Below, in pieces: positions 11,510 to 23,690 of a stretch of DNA of 64,000 bases. Source of the DNA: Eledone cirrhosa (lineage: Eukaryota); assembly GCA_964016885.1 (NCBI GenBank), contig OZ024740.1, forward strand, positions 197,222,001 through 197,286,000, written 5' to 3'. Position 1 is the stretch's first letter. Every line of letters begins with the position of its first letter. Position numbers and translations under genes: made by a program. The notes beneath the pieces are model-generated. The model was not told the origin of the DNA, searched no databases, and saw only the letters and a program-made list of their open reading frames with translations.

Positions 11510-12730
11510 CGGCACTACCATGCTATTAGCTGTCAGTGGTGAAGATGACGTCATTCGTCAACCTTCTCAATCGTAAACATAGTTTATTTCCGTATTACCA
11601 CGCGTTATATCGATGTAAGTGGAGTTACTCAAATGAAAATATAGGTGGCCCTTAAAAGGGCCAAATTAGAAAACAAATTTAAGACAATTAGAAAGCAAGT
11701 CATGGTTATCAAATAAATTGCATTTAATCATTTATATTTTCATAGTCATGGTTATCAATGTAGAAAACAAGTCATTTTCACCAACAGTGGAGTTAACTTA
11801 AATGAAAATATAGGTGGCCAAATTAGAAAACAAATATATGGTTATCAAATTTTTTTCACCAACCCTATACATTTATGAAGAAATGTTTAGAAAACAAATT
11901 TTTTCATCAACCTTGTTCAAAAGCATGGATACAGTCCACATGGAGACAAGAGACAGTCCCCATGGAGACGGTCACTATGGAGACGGTCCCATTTTTTTTC
12001 GCTACTTCCAACATGCGTTCACCACATGAAGGGCAGACCTTTTGTGTATTCAGAAGTCCATGATTTTTCAACCAATTGATGGTATCTGCTGTAGTAGCGG
12101 TAGCGATGGAAAGATTGCGATAGTTAATTCCATTAACACTTGGGTGTATTGTAGAATTCATATTTTTCAACTTGCAAATGCGTGTATTATCACAAAGTGA
12201 AGATTAAAGTTTATTTATTTACACGTGGTGTTGGTGATGATTGTTGCTGATTGGTGGGATTGTCTCCATGGGGACTGTCTCTTGTCTCCATGTGGACTGT
12301 ATCCATGCTTTTGAATAAGGTTGGTGAAAAAAATTTGATAACCATATATTTGTTTTCTAATTTGGCCCTTTTAAGGGCCACCTATATTTTCATTTAAGTT
12401 AACTCCACTGTTGGTGAAAATGACCATGACTATGAAAATATAGTTCATGGTATTAGCTGTCAGAAGTAACTCCACTGTTGGTGAAAATGACTTGTTTTCT
12501 ACATTGATAACCATGACTATGAAAATATAAAAATGATTAAATGCAATTTATTTGATAACCATGACTTGTTTTCTAATTAACTTAAATTTGTTTTCTAATT
12601 TGGCCCTTTTAAGGGCCACCTATATTTTCATTTAAGTAACTCCACTTACATCGATATGCTTTATTAAAATAACGCGTGGTAATACGGAAATAAACTATGT
12701 TTACGATTGAGAAGGTTGACGGTAGTGCCG
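11510..12730 (-). mobile_element. Merlin/IS1016-like non-autonomous foldback element
   Basis: Arms of about 470 bp (11510-~11990 and ~12256-12730) are inverted, with termini CGGCACTACC and GGTAGTGCCG. The centre encodes INWLKNHGLLNTQKVCPSCGERM, resembling the N-terminus of Merlin/ISXO2-type transposases. Confidence 0.72.
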
Positions 12731-13489
12731 AAATTGGTTTCATAACCTTTTATGGGTGGATGGAGGGGTCAGATAGGCACAGGTACACACTGACCACCGG
12801 CAACATACTATACTCATTGGAATATAGTATTTTAAAGTAAACCTTTATCCATTTAGGTAGCTTTGTATTATAGAAAATTGCTAGATGCTTATAGTGTAAG
12901 GTTATAAGAAAGAGGTCTGATAAATAACGAAAGAAAGTATATTTGTTTACATATTAAAATATGAATCCTGTGAATATTCTTTTATTAATGTACGTGAAAA
13001 GTCAATATAAACAAGAACGATAACAAAAACAAAAACAAAAACAACCGTTATTTCAAACAGTAATATTCTAAAACTATGAAAAAAAACAACAACTATTAAT
13101 TGAAAATATATAACAGAAAAGTAGTTTTAGTGTTTACGTAAACTCGACTGAAAAAAAAAACAGTTGATAAATTGAAATATTTGGTCCGTAACACTTTCAA
13201 ACGTTACCAGACGACAGTGAAGAATTGCAACGAAATGAATGACATAAAGAGATAATTCATTGAAATAAGATTAAATATCCCTGAGAGATAATCTGAAAGT
13301 CGTTTAAATAAAAAAAAAAAGACAGTGGTTACTTTATAAGTTAATAACTAGAATGGGAAAGTAATTGAAGATCAATATATTACTTGCCGAGTGGAGGTCA
13401 CGCTTGCATACTGACAGCTTTGCAGTGCATTGTGGGTTTTCAAACATCCGGTACAACTATTTAAGGATATCCCTCCCTCTCTCACAAAG

Positions 13490-13660
13490 AGAGATACTTG
13501 CTAGAAATAGCAGCCAAATCTCTCAGGTCACACATTACTGTATTAAAAAAGGAAGGACACATTGGATAATTTCGTCCCTGATATACGAATAAACGGAATT
13601 ATCGTGCCTCTGATCACATATGTACTTGATCAGGGTTGAGCTATGACTAAACAACAACGA
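13490..13660 (+). repeat. Old dispersed repeat family (3 copies)
   Basis: tagaaatagcagccaaatctc...aaaaaggaaggacac...tgatcagggtt...actaaacaacaac, with related copies at about 20820-20995 and 25700-25880. Confidence 0.5.
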
Positions 13661-13986
13661 CGAAATAATTTTCTAGCTCTATTCCTTGTACCCCGTTGAT
13701 CTACGTGTCGAGGAAATGAAATCTAGAAAAATACTAATTTACTTGGTTAGTATATATTTCAACCAGTAACATTTGAAAGTAGTGGGAAATTTGGACTCGG
13801 CTCTCAAGTTTACTTTCGATTTCATTTATTTATTTATTTGCTTCGGAGACTCTAAAAACTCCTTAATTGTATATATAAACACAATTTATATAGCAAATAT
13901 GATTTACAAAAGAAACATGTTAGAGAAAAATGAAATTGAGAGAAGACGTGCACGTTCAATCACACGCCACAACAGGAAATGCTGAT

Positions 13987-14026
<40 letters not shown>

Positions 14027-14139
14027 AAGGCATGTACTGAGTGTGTATATATATATATAAACAGCAGTTTAATTTTTATAACAGAAAATTACTATACATA
14101 CATAACAAATATGTTTTAAATATATACATAAATAACATT

Positions 14140-16540
14140 ACAAATACTTAGATAACATTATAAATTGCTCGCGATTCTTTCAGAAAGATATATTCTTTTA
14201 ATGTTATAATATTAAAGAAAATGTAAAGGAAAGGGTGAACAACCGAACCAACACCAGAGCAAAAGACAGCAACGTTGCGAGGAGTACCGGGCAACCTCTC
14301 TAATGATTTTTTAGGGGAAAACAGAAAAAAAGAAAAAGCACACACATCTGAGACCAAGTACTACAAAAGACAGGTGAAAGGGTGTCAACCGAGCCGCTAC
14401 CAGAGTAAAAGATAACAGTATTGCAATTAGCACTGGGAAACCGCTCTAATGATTTTTGAGGCAAGCTGGCACACTCACAGCGTTAGCTCGGGTGATGGCG
14501 AGGCTAATGCGCTGGAACAACCAAGCGCCCTCGTGAGATTCGCCAGTTACCTCTATTAGACGAGCCGCCAGTGAAGAGAGGAACCTCGCAGTCAGCGGCC
14601 CGACTCCCCCAAACGTCTCGAAAGCCACAGGCTGAAAAATGTAGCTGGCCGACAGATCACAGTATTTGAGGGTCTTACTCCGCTCAGCTGGGGCTCTTGT
14701 CCTAACCGCAGCATCCAGGATGTGGGAAAGAGCAAAAGAGTCACTAACAGAGCCGTCCCAGAAAAGGCACCTGCCTCTCGACCAGGGGCACAGGGTAAGG
14801 CCGTCGGGTCTTTTGCCGTCACTTCTGGACAACCCAGATGGTTTTAAGATTGAGGAGATGTTCGCCACGGCCAAAACTCTCCTGAGAATGAGGTTTAGCT
14901 CCGTGTGACGCACAAAGCGGCCGGCATTGAGGCAGCAAGAAAAACTGAGGAGTCGAGGAGTTTGCAGCATCGGCACCTGAAGCCCATGCAGACGTCAGCT
15001 CCCACTCTGAGGGCGATAGAGACACAAAGTTTGTCCAGGCTGAGTAGGCTACCGACGTTGGCCATGGATAGGGCATCAACCCAGTCGCCTGAGTATTTGG
15101 CGCTGACAGATAGTAAGCAGCCCCTTGCAAACTGATCTGACTGGACGAAGAGGGAGTCGAAGGTGGCCTTCGAACTTATGCTGTCCCAAGTTCTCTGACT
15201 TCGATTGCCCTCCACCTTCTCAGGAAGAGACAAGCCTAACTCACTCCATTGCTGGAGAGCTTCACCCAACTCCCTGTTGGAACTAGTCCATGCTGGAGAG
15301 GAGAGGATGCTGCTCACCAGGGTGGAGCAAGCATGGGTGGAGGAAAGGAAGCAGGGGAGAGAGAGGGACGAACGCTTACGAAGACCAAGACCCCCAAATC
15401 GCTTGGGCAATGCAGTCTGATCGCGGGACTCTGGAGAGAGTCTAACATTGACCAGGCACTCGAGCCTCTCGAAGATTAGGTTGTCGAAGTGTTGGAGGCA
15501 GGACGGAAATCTGTGAGAGGGGCTGACCTTGAGCAGATAGAGAAGCTTAGGAATAGACAGGTAGTTCCTGAGTATGTAACCTTTATGGGGTTTGAAAACT
15601 TCAATATTCTCAGCAGCTGCTCAAGGCCAACCGTCATCGATTGGAAGATTGACTCGAAGGCCAGTTTGTGATTAGGGCTCCTAAGGATAACCAAGCCGGT
15701 GGGGGAGGGACCGCGATGGAAGGGAAGGACTCTGCAAACAGGTCGATTAGCTGTTGGTGTTAAGAAGCCGGGTGGTTGAGGATCCAGAGCTCACATTTGG
15801 AGCTATTGACCTGGAGACCCCGGCGGCCAAGCTCCTCAACCATTTTGTTGGCAGTGGCGAGAACCATATCCGGAGTTCCCCCCAAACAAACGTCATCAAG
15901 GTACCAGACATTGAGGTCCAACTCAACCCCCCATCTTGGTGACGTCATCAATGCCCAGTGCAAACAGAGTGGGCCCGAGTGGATCACCCTGTTGGACTCC
16001 TGAGGCAGAGGTGATGATTTGGTCACCGAAAGAGAAGTAGGAGGGCTCCCAATAAGCCTGCCAAGTAAAGTGGTAGAGTTGTGGGACCCTCTCTCTTACT
16101 GAGCCGAGGACGACATCGCAACTGACGGAATTAAAAGCGTTCCTGACGTCAAGTTTGAGGATGACCTTGGGGGACGAGGAGGGCAAGTTGGTAAAGGCTC
16201 TGGTAGCGTGGACAGCAGCCTCACATACCAACTTGGTACCCACCCCCAGTTGCATGGGGAAAATTCCTCCGCCAGTGAGTCGGAGACCAACAGCAAACAC
16301 GCCTTTGCAGTGAGGTGGCGAAGGGTGCAGCCAACCGCAATGGGGCGCAGGTCCCCGTTGGGCTTGGTGAGACCAAATAGCTTCGCACTGAAGAACAGTG
16401 GACGGATGAACGAGAGAACGTTCACTGAAGAGAACTGATTCACAAACTGAATCAGACTCTCCAAGAGCTCGAGTCTGGCATCACCGACCGATAAGGAGAT
16501 ACCATCCTTGAGGTGTTGAGGACAAAGGCCGTCAATTCCC
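14140..16540 (-). mobile_element. CRE-clade non-LTR retrotransposon (RT + restriction-like endonuclease), 5'-truncated and frameshifted
   Basis: RT motifs LRPIAVG, QLGVG, LKLDVRNAFNSV, GVQQGDPLGPTLFALG, WYLDD and GGLGLR. C-terminal CCHC-like region and RLE motif SRSDGKRPDG...WD...PVAFETFG. Confidence 0.88.
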
Positions 16541-16715
16541 TATATATATATATGAATGAGACTTTGGTTTTTCTTGATTAGCAAGTCTGGTGAGCAGATA
16601 GGACTGGAATCGGGTCTATAGCATTTATATAGATCCTGAGCTACCCATCTGTGAAAGGGTCGTAACTGTGTATAATCAATAAAGACCTTAATGTGAAACC
16701 TCGCTTTGTTTTCAA

Positions 16716-18280
16716 TCATCATCATCTCATCATCTTCGTTTAACGTCCATTTTCCACGCTAGCATGGGTTAGATGGGAGTTGTCCCACTTGAGGCAAGGT
16801 TGGTCGGGTGACCGTGATCGCTCATATAGGACTATCTGGCAGGTTTTCTATGGCTGAATGCCCTTCCTAACACCAACCACATTTACAGTGTGGAACTGGG
16901 AACTTTTTACCGTGTTACCTACACGGCCACATTACAGCGTGGACTCGTGTGTTTTTTTCTCGTGACACCTACACGATCTCGATCTCATTTATCTCATTTA
17001 TTTGGACTGGATGTTGTGGTAGCAACTTTATAGAGAGAGGGTGATGTTGGTGGGAGTGGGAGGATAGGGTAGGGGTAGTGGATTGAGGTGTATATTTGGT
17101 TAAGAGGTGCCTACTGACTAGGTTTCGTTTTGTACATAGGCAAGGCGGGGCTTCTGTATTACTGCGTAGCGCCAAAGATCTTGGTCCAGTGACATTGTCT
17201 TAAAGAGGTGCAAGTGTGTAAGGTCGGAATTTATCAGATCGTCTCAGGTTTTTCTGGGTCTACCTACTCCGTAACTACCATCAATTTTGATCGCCCAGCA
17301 CTTTTTTATACAGCTGTCGTCTTTCATGCGCATCACGTGGCCATACCAACGTAGTCTTCTCTCGAGGTAAACAGCATCTGATCCCTCTTATTCCTAATTT
17401 CTCACTTAGTTCATTTATACTTTGCCGGTAACGGAAAGTGTCTACTATTTCTATAGAACCATCTGGGCAATAGAAGGGGCTAATATCCTGTGGACACTTG
17501 CTACCTATTGCATCTGAGCATCAGCCACATATAAAGTCTACGTTCTTAGATAGTTTACCTGTGATCCCACTACATCTTTTATGTACCCATACTTTGCATT
17601 TGGGACATAAAATTGAATTTCTGCATACTCCTTTCCTACACACTGAGCAAGGCCATTTCCCTGAGGGTACCTGTGCCTTATTTTCCTTTCTACAAACTAG
17701 GACTTTAGTCTTAGACAAGTTAACTTTAAGGCCTTTTGATTCTAGGCCATGCTTCCATGTTTGGAATTTCTTTTCTAGTTCAGCCATTGATTCAGCTATG
17801 AGCGTTAGATCATCTGCATATAGGAGTTCCCATGGGCAGCCGGTCTTGAACTCCTCTGTTATAGCCTGAAGGGCAATAATAAATAGGAGGGGGCTAAGGA
17901 CAGAGCCTTGGTGAACACCAACTTTTACACTAAATTCTTCACAATATTCATTGTTAATTCTAACCTTACTGACTGTTTCATTATACATAGCTGCTTGTTT
18001 TTCTCTCACAAGCCATTCATCTACACCTAGTTTTCTAAGAGCCCACCAGATAATGGAGCGGGGGACTCTGTCAAAGGCTTTTTCCAGGTCTACAAAAGCT
18101 AAGTAGAGGGGTTTACTTGTAGTTGTCGTACAAGGAAAAGAGCGTCTGTGGTACTTTTGCCTGACACAAACCCAAACTGCATTTCATCTAGATCAATTCG
18201 CTCTCTGATTAGTTGTGCTATAACTCTTTCTGTGACCTTCATGACCTGGTCAGCTAACTTAATGCCTCTATAGTTTCCTC
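16716..18280 (-). mobile_element. RTE family A, 5'-truncated copy with internal deletion
   Basis: ORF 17521-18009 contains YADD and the PHD-like motif. Deletion junction at about 17425, (ATC)n tail at 16716-16735 and (TA)n at the 5' end. Confidence 0.95.
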
Positions 18281-18286
18281 ATATAC

Positions 18287-18322
<36 letters not shown>

Positions 18323-18547
18323 ATAAATTATGCATACAAACTAATCGAGGAGGCGAGATAGGAAATTAGTTATGAGAATTATATACCGGTAGTGAAGGGG
18401 ACAGTGTGCTCAATGCGTATTAGATGCAAGACAAGTGAACAATGTAAGTAAGCAAGAGAAATAATGGACTATGCTTCGTGTTTTACATTTATTGTAGTCC
18501 CTATTTTCAGTGACGTGTTTTTGAATTTTATATTTGTTTTTTTTTTT

Positions 18548-18675
18548 CAGCTCTGAAGAGGTGACCATATCAACCTTTTCTTTTTATTATCATTTACTAT
18601 TATCGATTTTATAATCGATAATTATCATCTGCATGTGCAGAATGTTGATATGGTTTTTGAAACAATTGTAAGCCG
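18548..18675 (+). ncRNA. Candidate minimal type-I hammerhead ribozyme with extended stem II
   Basis: cagct-CUGAAGA-g gtg accatatcaac...gttgatatggt tttt-GAAA-caattg-UA-agccg. Intact core, 11-bp stem II, palindromic stem III; stem I has one mismatch. Confidence 0.65.
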
Positions 18676-18865
18676 TTAAATATATTCGTTCAAGAATTTG
18701 GTATTGTTTTCTCTAACATTTAACTTATATATAGATTATATTCGTCATACCAAGGTGGTCTTTCAGCCCTCATAATTTTAAACACATTTTTACTGTGTTT
18801 ATATATACATATATATAATTCGTTTTTGAATTTGTTTTGCGAGATGTGTGTTGAAACAGATATTA

Positions 18866-19379
18866 TTATACTTTGGGAAGGTCATGTTGACAATAAACGA
18901 ACTCCAACCAAAATTAAACAGAAAACATGAGTGGAATAGCAGCATCACAACTATTAATTAAGGACAAAATGAAGACATACAGTCACACACAAAACACCAA
19001 ACTAACAAAACAAATAAAACACAAACAGATAGAACAAACAACCAACTAGTGACAAATAAATAAACACATAAATAAATAAATAAAAACACACACACACAAC
19101 CGGATGTAATGCATGTGCAAACTGAGCACACAACACACAACACACAACACACAACACAGAAAAACAAGATGGTGTAGGACAGAACAAAGGAGAGACACAC
19201 AAAATTAAAACCTAGTCACTGAGGAGGTCACAGAATGTGTGACAAAAGAGCTTTGACAATATATAAACAACCTTCCAGTTATCGAACCAACCAACCAACA
19301 GGAAATTTATAATAAATTGAAGTGAAAACCAACGGGTGCGTGTGTTGTTATTGGCAACATGACCTTCCCAAAGTATAAC
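18866..19379 (+). mobile_element. Penelope-like terminal-repeat relic with inverted tail and degenerate hammerhead
   Basis: ttatactttgggaaggtcatgttgacaataa is inverted at about 19349-19378. The internal 19215-19257 reads gtca-CUGAGGA-ggtcac..gtgac-AAAA-gagc-UU-tgac. Confidence 0.45.
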
Positions 19380-20091
19380 TATATATATATATATAATTCA
19401 GATAATTAAGGTGCTTATCCGTGAAGGTTACGTTGTAATGCCACAAGGATAAATCAGTTTAAGCAGACCAAAAGCACTCCACGTCAGTAGTGTATCCCCA
19501 GCGAAATGGTGGTGATTATGTTTCCATTTACGAAATATTGTTAAGACAGAGTTACTTTTACATAACATATCATGGACAGTCTCCATGTGACATCATCAGA
19601 TGCTCATACAATTATGAGGTGTAGTTATGCTGAAATGCAGATATGCTGCTGGTAAGGTATTACCATCTTGGTGTGATGCAAGTGTTACCATCTTGGTGTG
19701 ATGCGAGCGAACATATGAGATACTGTATCTCGTTTCTTACTAATGTTTAGTATCTACTATATATATATTATAGTGGGTATAAATCGAAGTTGTAGTTGTA
19801 ATAGGGCAGATGCCAATCGAATTGTTTGAGGCAGTCACAAAGCACTCAATGGTGTGAAAAGTATATATATATGTGGTAAAAATGTGAAGGCTAGATATTC
19901 ATAACTAATTTTATTACTAATACGTATTTCTGTGGTGTTGTTAATTACACAATGCTGCCACCACACAATCACTAATATGACTTTTTCAGACAGCATCGTA
20001 GCTAATACATTTGTAGTGTAATGTATTTGTAATGCAATATTGATAAGGTGACAGACTTGTATTCGATTTTGCTCTTACAAAACGTCTACCC

Positions 20092-20096
20092 CTATA

Positions 20097-20189
<93 letters not shown>

Positions 20190-20212
20190 GTGTGTCATCA
20201 TCATCATCATCC
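20092..20212. repeat. Compound microsatellite (TA)n(TG)n(TCA)n
   Basis: Seen directly. Many other (TA)n runs occur, for example 13990-14025 and 59012-59054. Confidence 0.95.
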
Positions 20213-20244
20213 TCACCACTTGTGTTAGATGAGTCACCCATGTC

Positions 20245-20690
20245 ATGAGACAAGTCTGGCCTGCTAGCCATAGTATACCTTGCTCAAATGGAACTGTAAT
20301 TTGGCTGGGATTTTTACAGTTGGATGCCCTTCCTAACACCAACCATGTTTACAGTGCGAAATTGGATGGTACCATTATGAAGAGGGTCTGGCCAGTTGAC
20401 CGTGCCATACTCTGCTCACATCAGAACTGGGTGGCCCCACTGTGAGAGAGGTTTGACCTGTTGGCCACAGCAAGCCTTACTCATAGTGAAGTCCTGGGTG
20501 GCACCGCTATGAGGAGGGTCTGGCCAGTTGGTTGCGCCATACCCTGCTCACATTGGAACCATAATTTGGTAGCTGGGTGGTCCCATTATGAGGGAGGTAA
20601 GGCCAGTTTGCCACACCAAGCCTTATTCATAATGGGGCAGTGTTTTGGCTGGGTTTTTATGGCTGCTGGATGCCCTTAGTACTACCAACC
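20245..20690 (-). repeat. Tandemly amplified module of about 65 bp related to the RTE/SINE 3' UTR
   Basis: Recurrent gggtgg..ccattatgag..ggtctggccagttg..gccatac.ctgctca units between inverted ggatgcccttcctaacaccaacc cores. Confidence 0.55.
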
Positions 20691-21047
20691 ACATGTAAGG
20701 AAACTGAATAAAAGTTCTGTCAATCGACCACTTGATTGTATGTGAGGTGTAATAGGAAATCAATGTTGCTAGTTACAACAAATCATTGATTGAGCCAATG
20801 AGGACACTTCTGTCCAGTCACTTGACCTATTAGAAATAACTTTAATCTCCCTTGAATTACATGCTACCATATTTAAAAAGGGAAGGACACTTTAAATAAC
20901 AGTTGCACATACTCCTTAAAGATGGGATGGTATAGTTGCAATTTCTTTGATCATAAATCTGCTTGATCAGGGTTCACCAAGTACTAAAAAACAACTCATT
21001 GATTTCATGACATGAGTCACTGAAAGTATATTTAAGTTCTTATTTAA

Positions 21048-21255
21048 CCCTTTAGCATTTACATTACTCTATATATACTATTGTATTTTCATGGTAAAGG
21101 CTTCATCTCACATAATAACAAATCTACAAGAATTTGTTGTTATTTATTTTGAGAAAAATATGTTAATGTCAGTATGAGTGGCCAGTTACAACTAGTTTAA
21201 ACTGAAAGAGGTGAGAGAATTCTGGTCAGATATGACTGGTTTAAATGCTAAAGGG
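21048..21255. mobile_element. piggyBac-type MITE, copy 2
   Basis: Perfect 14-bp TIR CCCTTTAGCATTTA/TAAATGCTAAAGGG flanked by TTAA on both sides. Confidence 0.9.
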
Positions 21256-21786
21256 TTAAATGTATTTCTTTATTGGTTTAAAGTCCCTTGACTTATTTGA
21301 TGTGTTGTTTTCCATATCAGTGGTTTCCTGTGGGACAAATTTTGGAACAGCTATACACTATTAAAATGTGAACAAACAGTTATAAGTGAACAGTTTTCAT
21401 ATGTAGTATCAGACTACAACTACAGAAAGTGATCATAGAATAATTTAATAATTGACTCCTTTCAGAAATAACAAAAAGCCTAATTGGTGTTACATGTTAT
21501 GTGTAAAAGCAAATCTTAGCAATTTGACAAATATAGCATAATGAAAAAAATAGAGGGGTGAGTTAATGTGATCAACCTACTAAACCTTTTAAGGTAATGA
21601 CTCAGCATGAATGAAATCCATTGACTGAAACAATTAAAAGACGCTTCCGTGCGAGCAAGACATGGTCTCCCAACCAGTCCCCTATCAAAAGGAACAAGGC
21701 TGTCTAACCCATGCTAGTGTGGAAGATGGACGTTAAATAATGATGATGATATATATATATAAATCTTTGATATATATATATAACCC

Positions 21787-22216
21787 TTTGGCGCTACACA
21801 GTAATAGAGAAGACCCGCCTTACCTAAGTGCAAAGTGAAACCTACTACAGTCAGTAGGCACCTCTAACAAAATACACCCCGTCCCACTACCCCCACCCCA
21901 TCCACACCACCCCTTTCAATGTAAAGTTATGTTGGTACCACAACATCCAGCCCGAAACAAATGAGGTCGTGTAGGTGTCACGACAAAAAAACACACAAAG
22001 TCCACGCTGTAATGTGGCCGTGTAGGCAACACGGTAAAAACCTCCCAGCCCCACACTGTAAATGTGGATGGTGTTAGGAAGGGCATCCAAGCCGTAGAAA
22101 ACCCGCCAGACAGTCCTATGCGAGCAAGACAACCACTCTTGCCTCAAGTGGGAAAACTCCCGTTCAAACCCATGCGAGCGTGGAATATGGATGTTAAACG
22201 ATGATGATGATGATGA
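21787..22216 (+). mobile_element. RTE family A 3' end
   Basis: Matches about 8252-8681, including the (GAT)n tail. Confidence 0.92.
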
Positions 22217-22298
22217 AATTAGGATGGATTCAGTTTGAAACTGGTTAGACCATTACTCACCAGAGTACTTGATACTTGGAGTAGTAGAGTATGGTTAC

Positions 22299-22404
22299 AT
22301 TATAAAGAGTCAGGACCCCGATGGTTGAGCTCTTGCCATTTCAACAACTAGTTCCAGATGCTGAAACGACAAGAGCTCAGCTGTCAGTGTCCCGACTCTA
22401 TAAT
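22299..22404. repeat. Imperfect hairpin of about 100 bp (miniature foldback element)
   Basis: Arms agagtcaggaccccgatggttgagctcttgccatttcaaca and tgctgaaacgacaagagctcagctgtcagtgtcccgactct. Confidence 0.7.
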
Positions 22405-22407
22405 ATA

Positions 22408-22660
22408 TCATCATCATCATCATCATCATTTTACGTCCACTTTTCCCTGCTTGCAAGGGTGGGACGGGAACTGATTCTGGCTTGATTTCTACAGCTGGAT
22501 GCCCTTCCTAACACCAACCTCATTTACAGTGAGTGCTGGGTGCTTTTTTGCCATGGCACCTCGACGACCACTTTGCAGTGGAATGATAGGGACTCATTTC
22601 TACAGTTGAGTAAACTGGAGCAATGTGAAATAAAGTGTCTTGCTGAAGGAAACAACACAT
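22408..22660 (-). mobile_element. SINE (CORE/V-like central domain + RTE-derived tail), head missing
   Basis: The reverse complement has ccttcagcaagacactttatttcacattgctccagtttactcaactgtagaaatgag, then the ggtgttaggaagggcatccagc core, then a tail nearly identical to the RTE family B tail. Confidence 0.7.
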
Positions 22661-22663
22661 ATA

Positions 22664-23690
22664 TCTATATACATAAATGGCAATTTCTGTCTGTTTGTTT
22701 GTGTGTTTGTTTGTGGATTTGTTTGTGAACCTAAAACTCAAAAACTACCAAACCGATCTTGATGAAACTTGACACGCGTGTGGCTCTCATGCCCTTTTGA
22801 TTTCTTACATACTTTGAAGTTAAAATCGATAAATTCAAGTCTGCATTGATATTTTATAAAACAATAGGACATTTGCATGCAAATGCTTATATGAATGTCA
22901 TTTTCTGCCATGACTTTTAAAGTTCTCAACTGATTTCCTTCAAAATTGAAACACAGTTGAATTATATGCTAAGGATGGCTTTAGGCTAAGAATTATCCCA
23001 TACAACTCATGGAAGGCAAAAAGCCGCACAGACCTATTTTTCATTTGGTTTGTTTCTTCTGATATGAGCAACCAATTTTCTTTAAACTGTACAGGTGCAT
23101 TATTTGTGTATCAATAAGGCACCTTAATAAGGCACCTTAATAAAGCGAAAACACCGCAAATATCGAATGTTGCAAATGCTTTTTTCAAACATCATAGATA
23201 CACCACTTATGTGCAGTGGATGGTTTTCTCCAGCGGGACAGAGGGCTGTACAACAATGGATAACAATTGAATTTGCCCTCCATGGGCCGAGTTTTACCCA
23301 GACAAATGGGATTTATGGGCTCTGGTTGGGTAATGTGGGGGTATTTTCCAAAAAAATGTATACCGGGCGGAACCCTTTGCAAATTGAATAGAAATCTTCA
23401 ACGGGCCACAGTTGACACGCAGGCCGTAAGGATATTTAAAAATTACCTACCCACCCTAGGCTGTGTCATCTTTGCTGCTAACATGCGTATATTTAACCAA
23501 ATGGAACATCTTATGGGACAGATAGAAAGCCTCTGCGGGTCGCATTAACCAGTTGGCCGTGGTATGGACATCCCCGACGATGACTGTGTTTTCCTATAAG
23601 ACTTAATTCAACCGAGAGCTTCATCAAGTGTTATTTCTGCACAAACAATTGTATTACTTAAACCCTAGCAATGCTGGGTACCTCAGCTAG
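22664..23690 (+). mobile_element. Non-autonomous Helitron
   Basis: A|TCTATATACATAAA start, (GTTT)n/CTGT microsatellite and aaaactaccaaaccgatcttgatgaaacttg motif. The 3' end has the hairpin accctagcaatgctgggt followed by CTAG|T. Confidence 0.85.

Noticed and set aside
19540-19610. Further hammerhead on the minus strand (CUGAUGA at ~19593-19599)
   Set aside because: No GAAA and no stem I complementarity.
18958-20342. ORFs rich in C/V/Y/I/T/H
   Set aside because: They are translations of microsatellites and low-complexity DNA.
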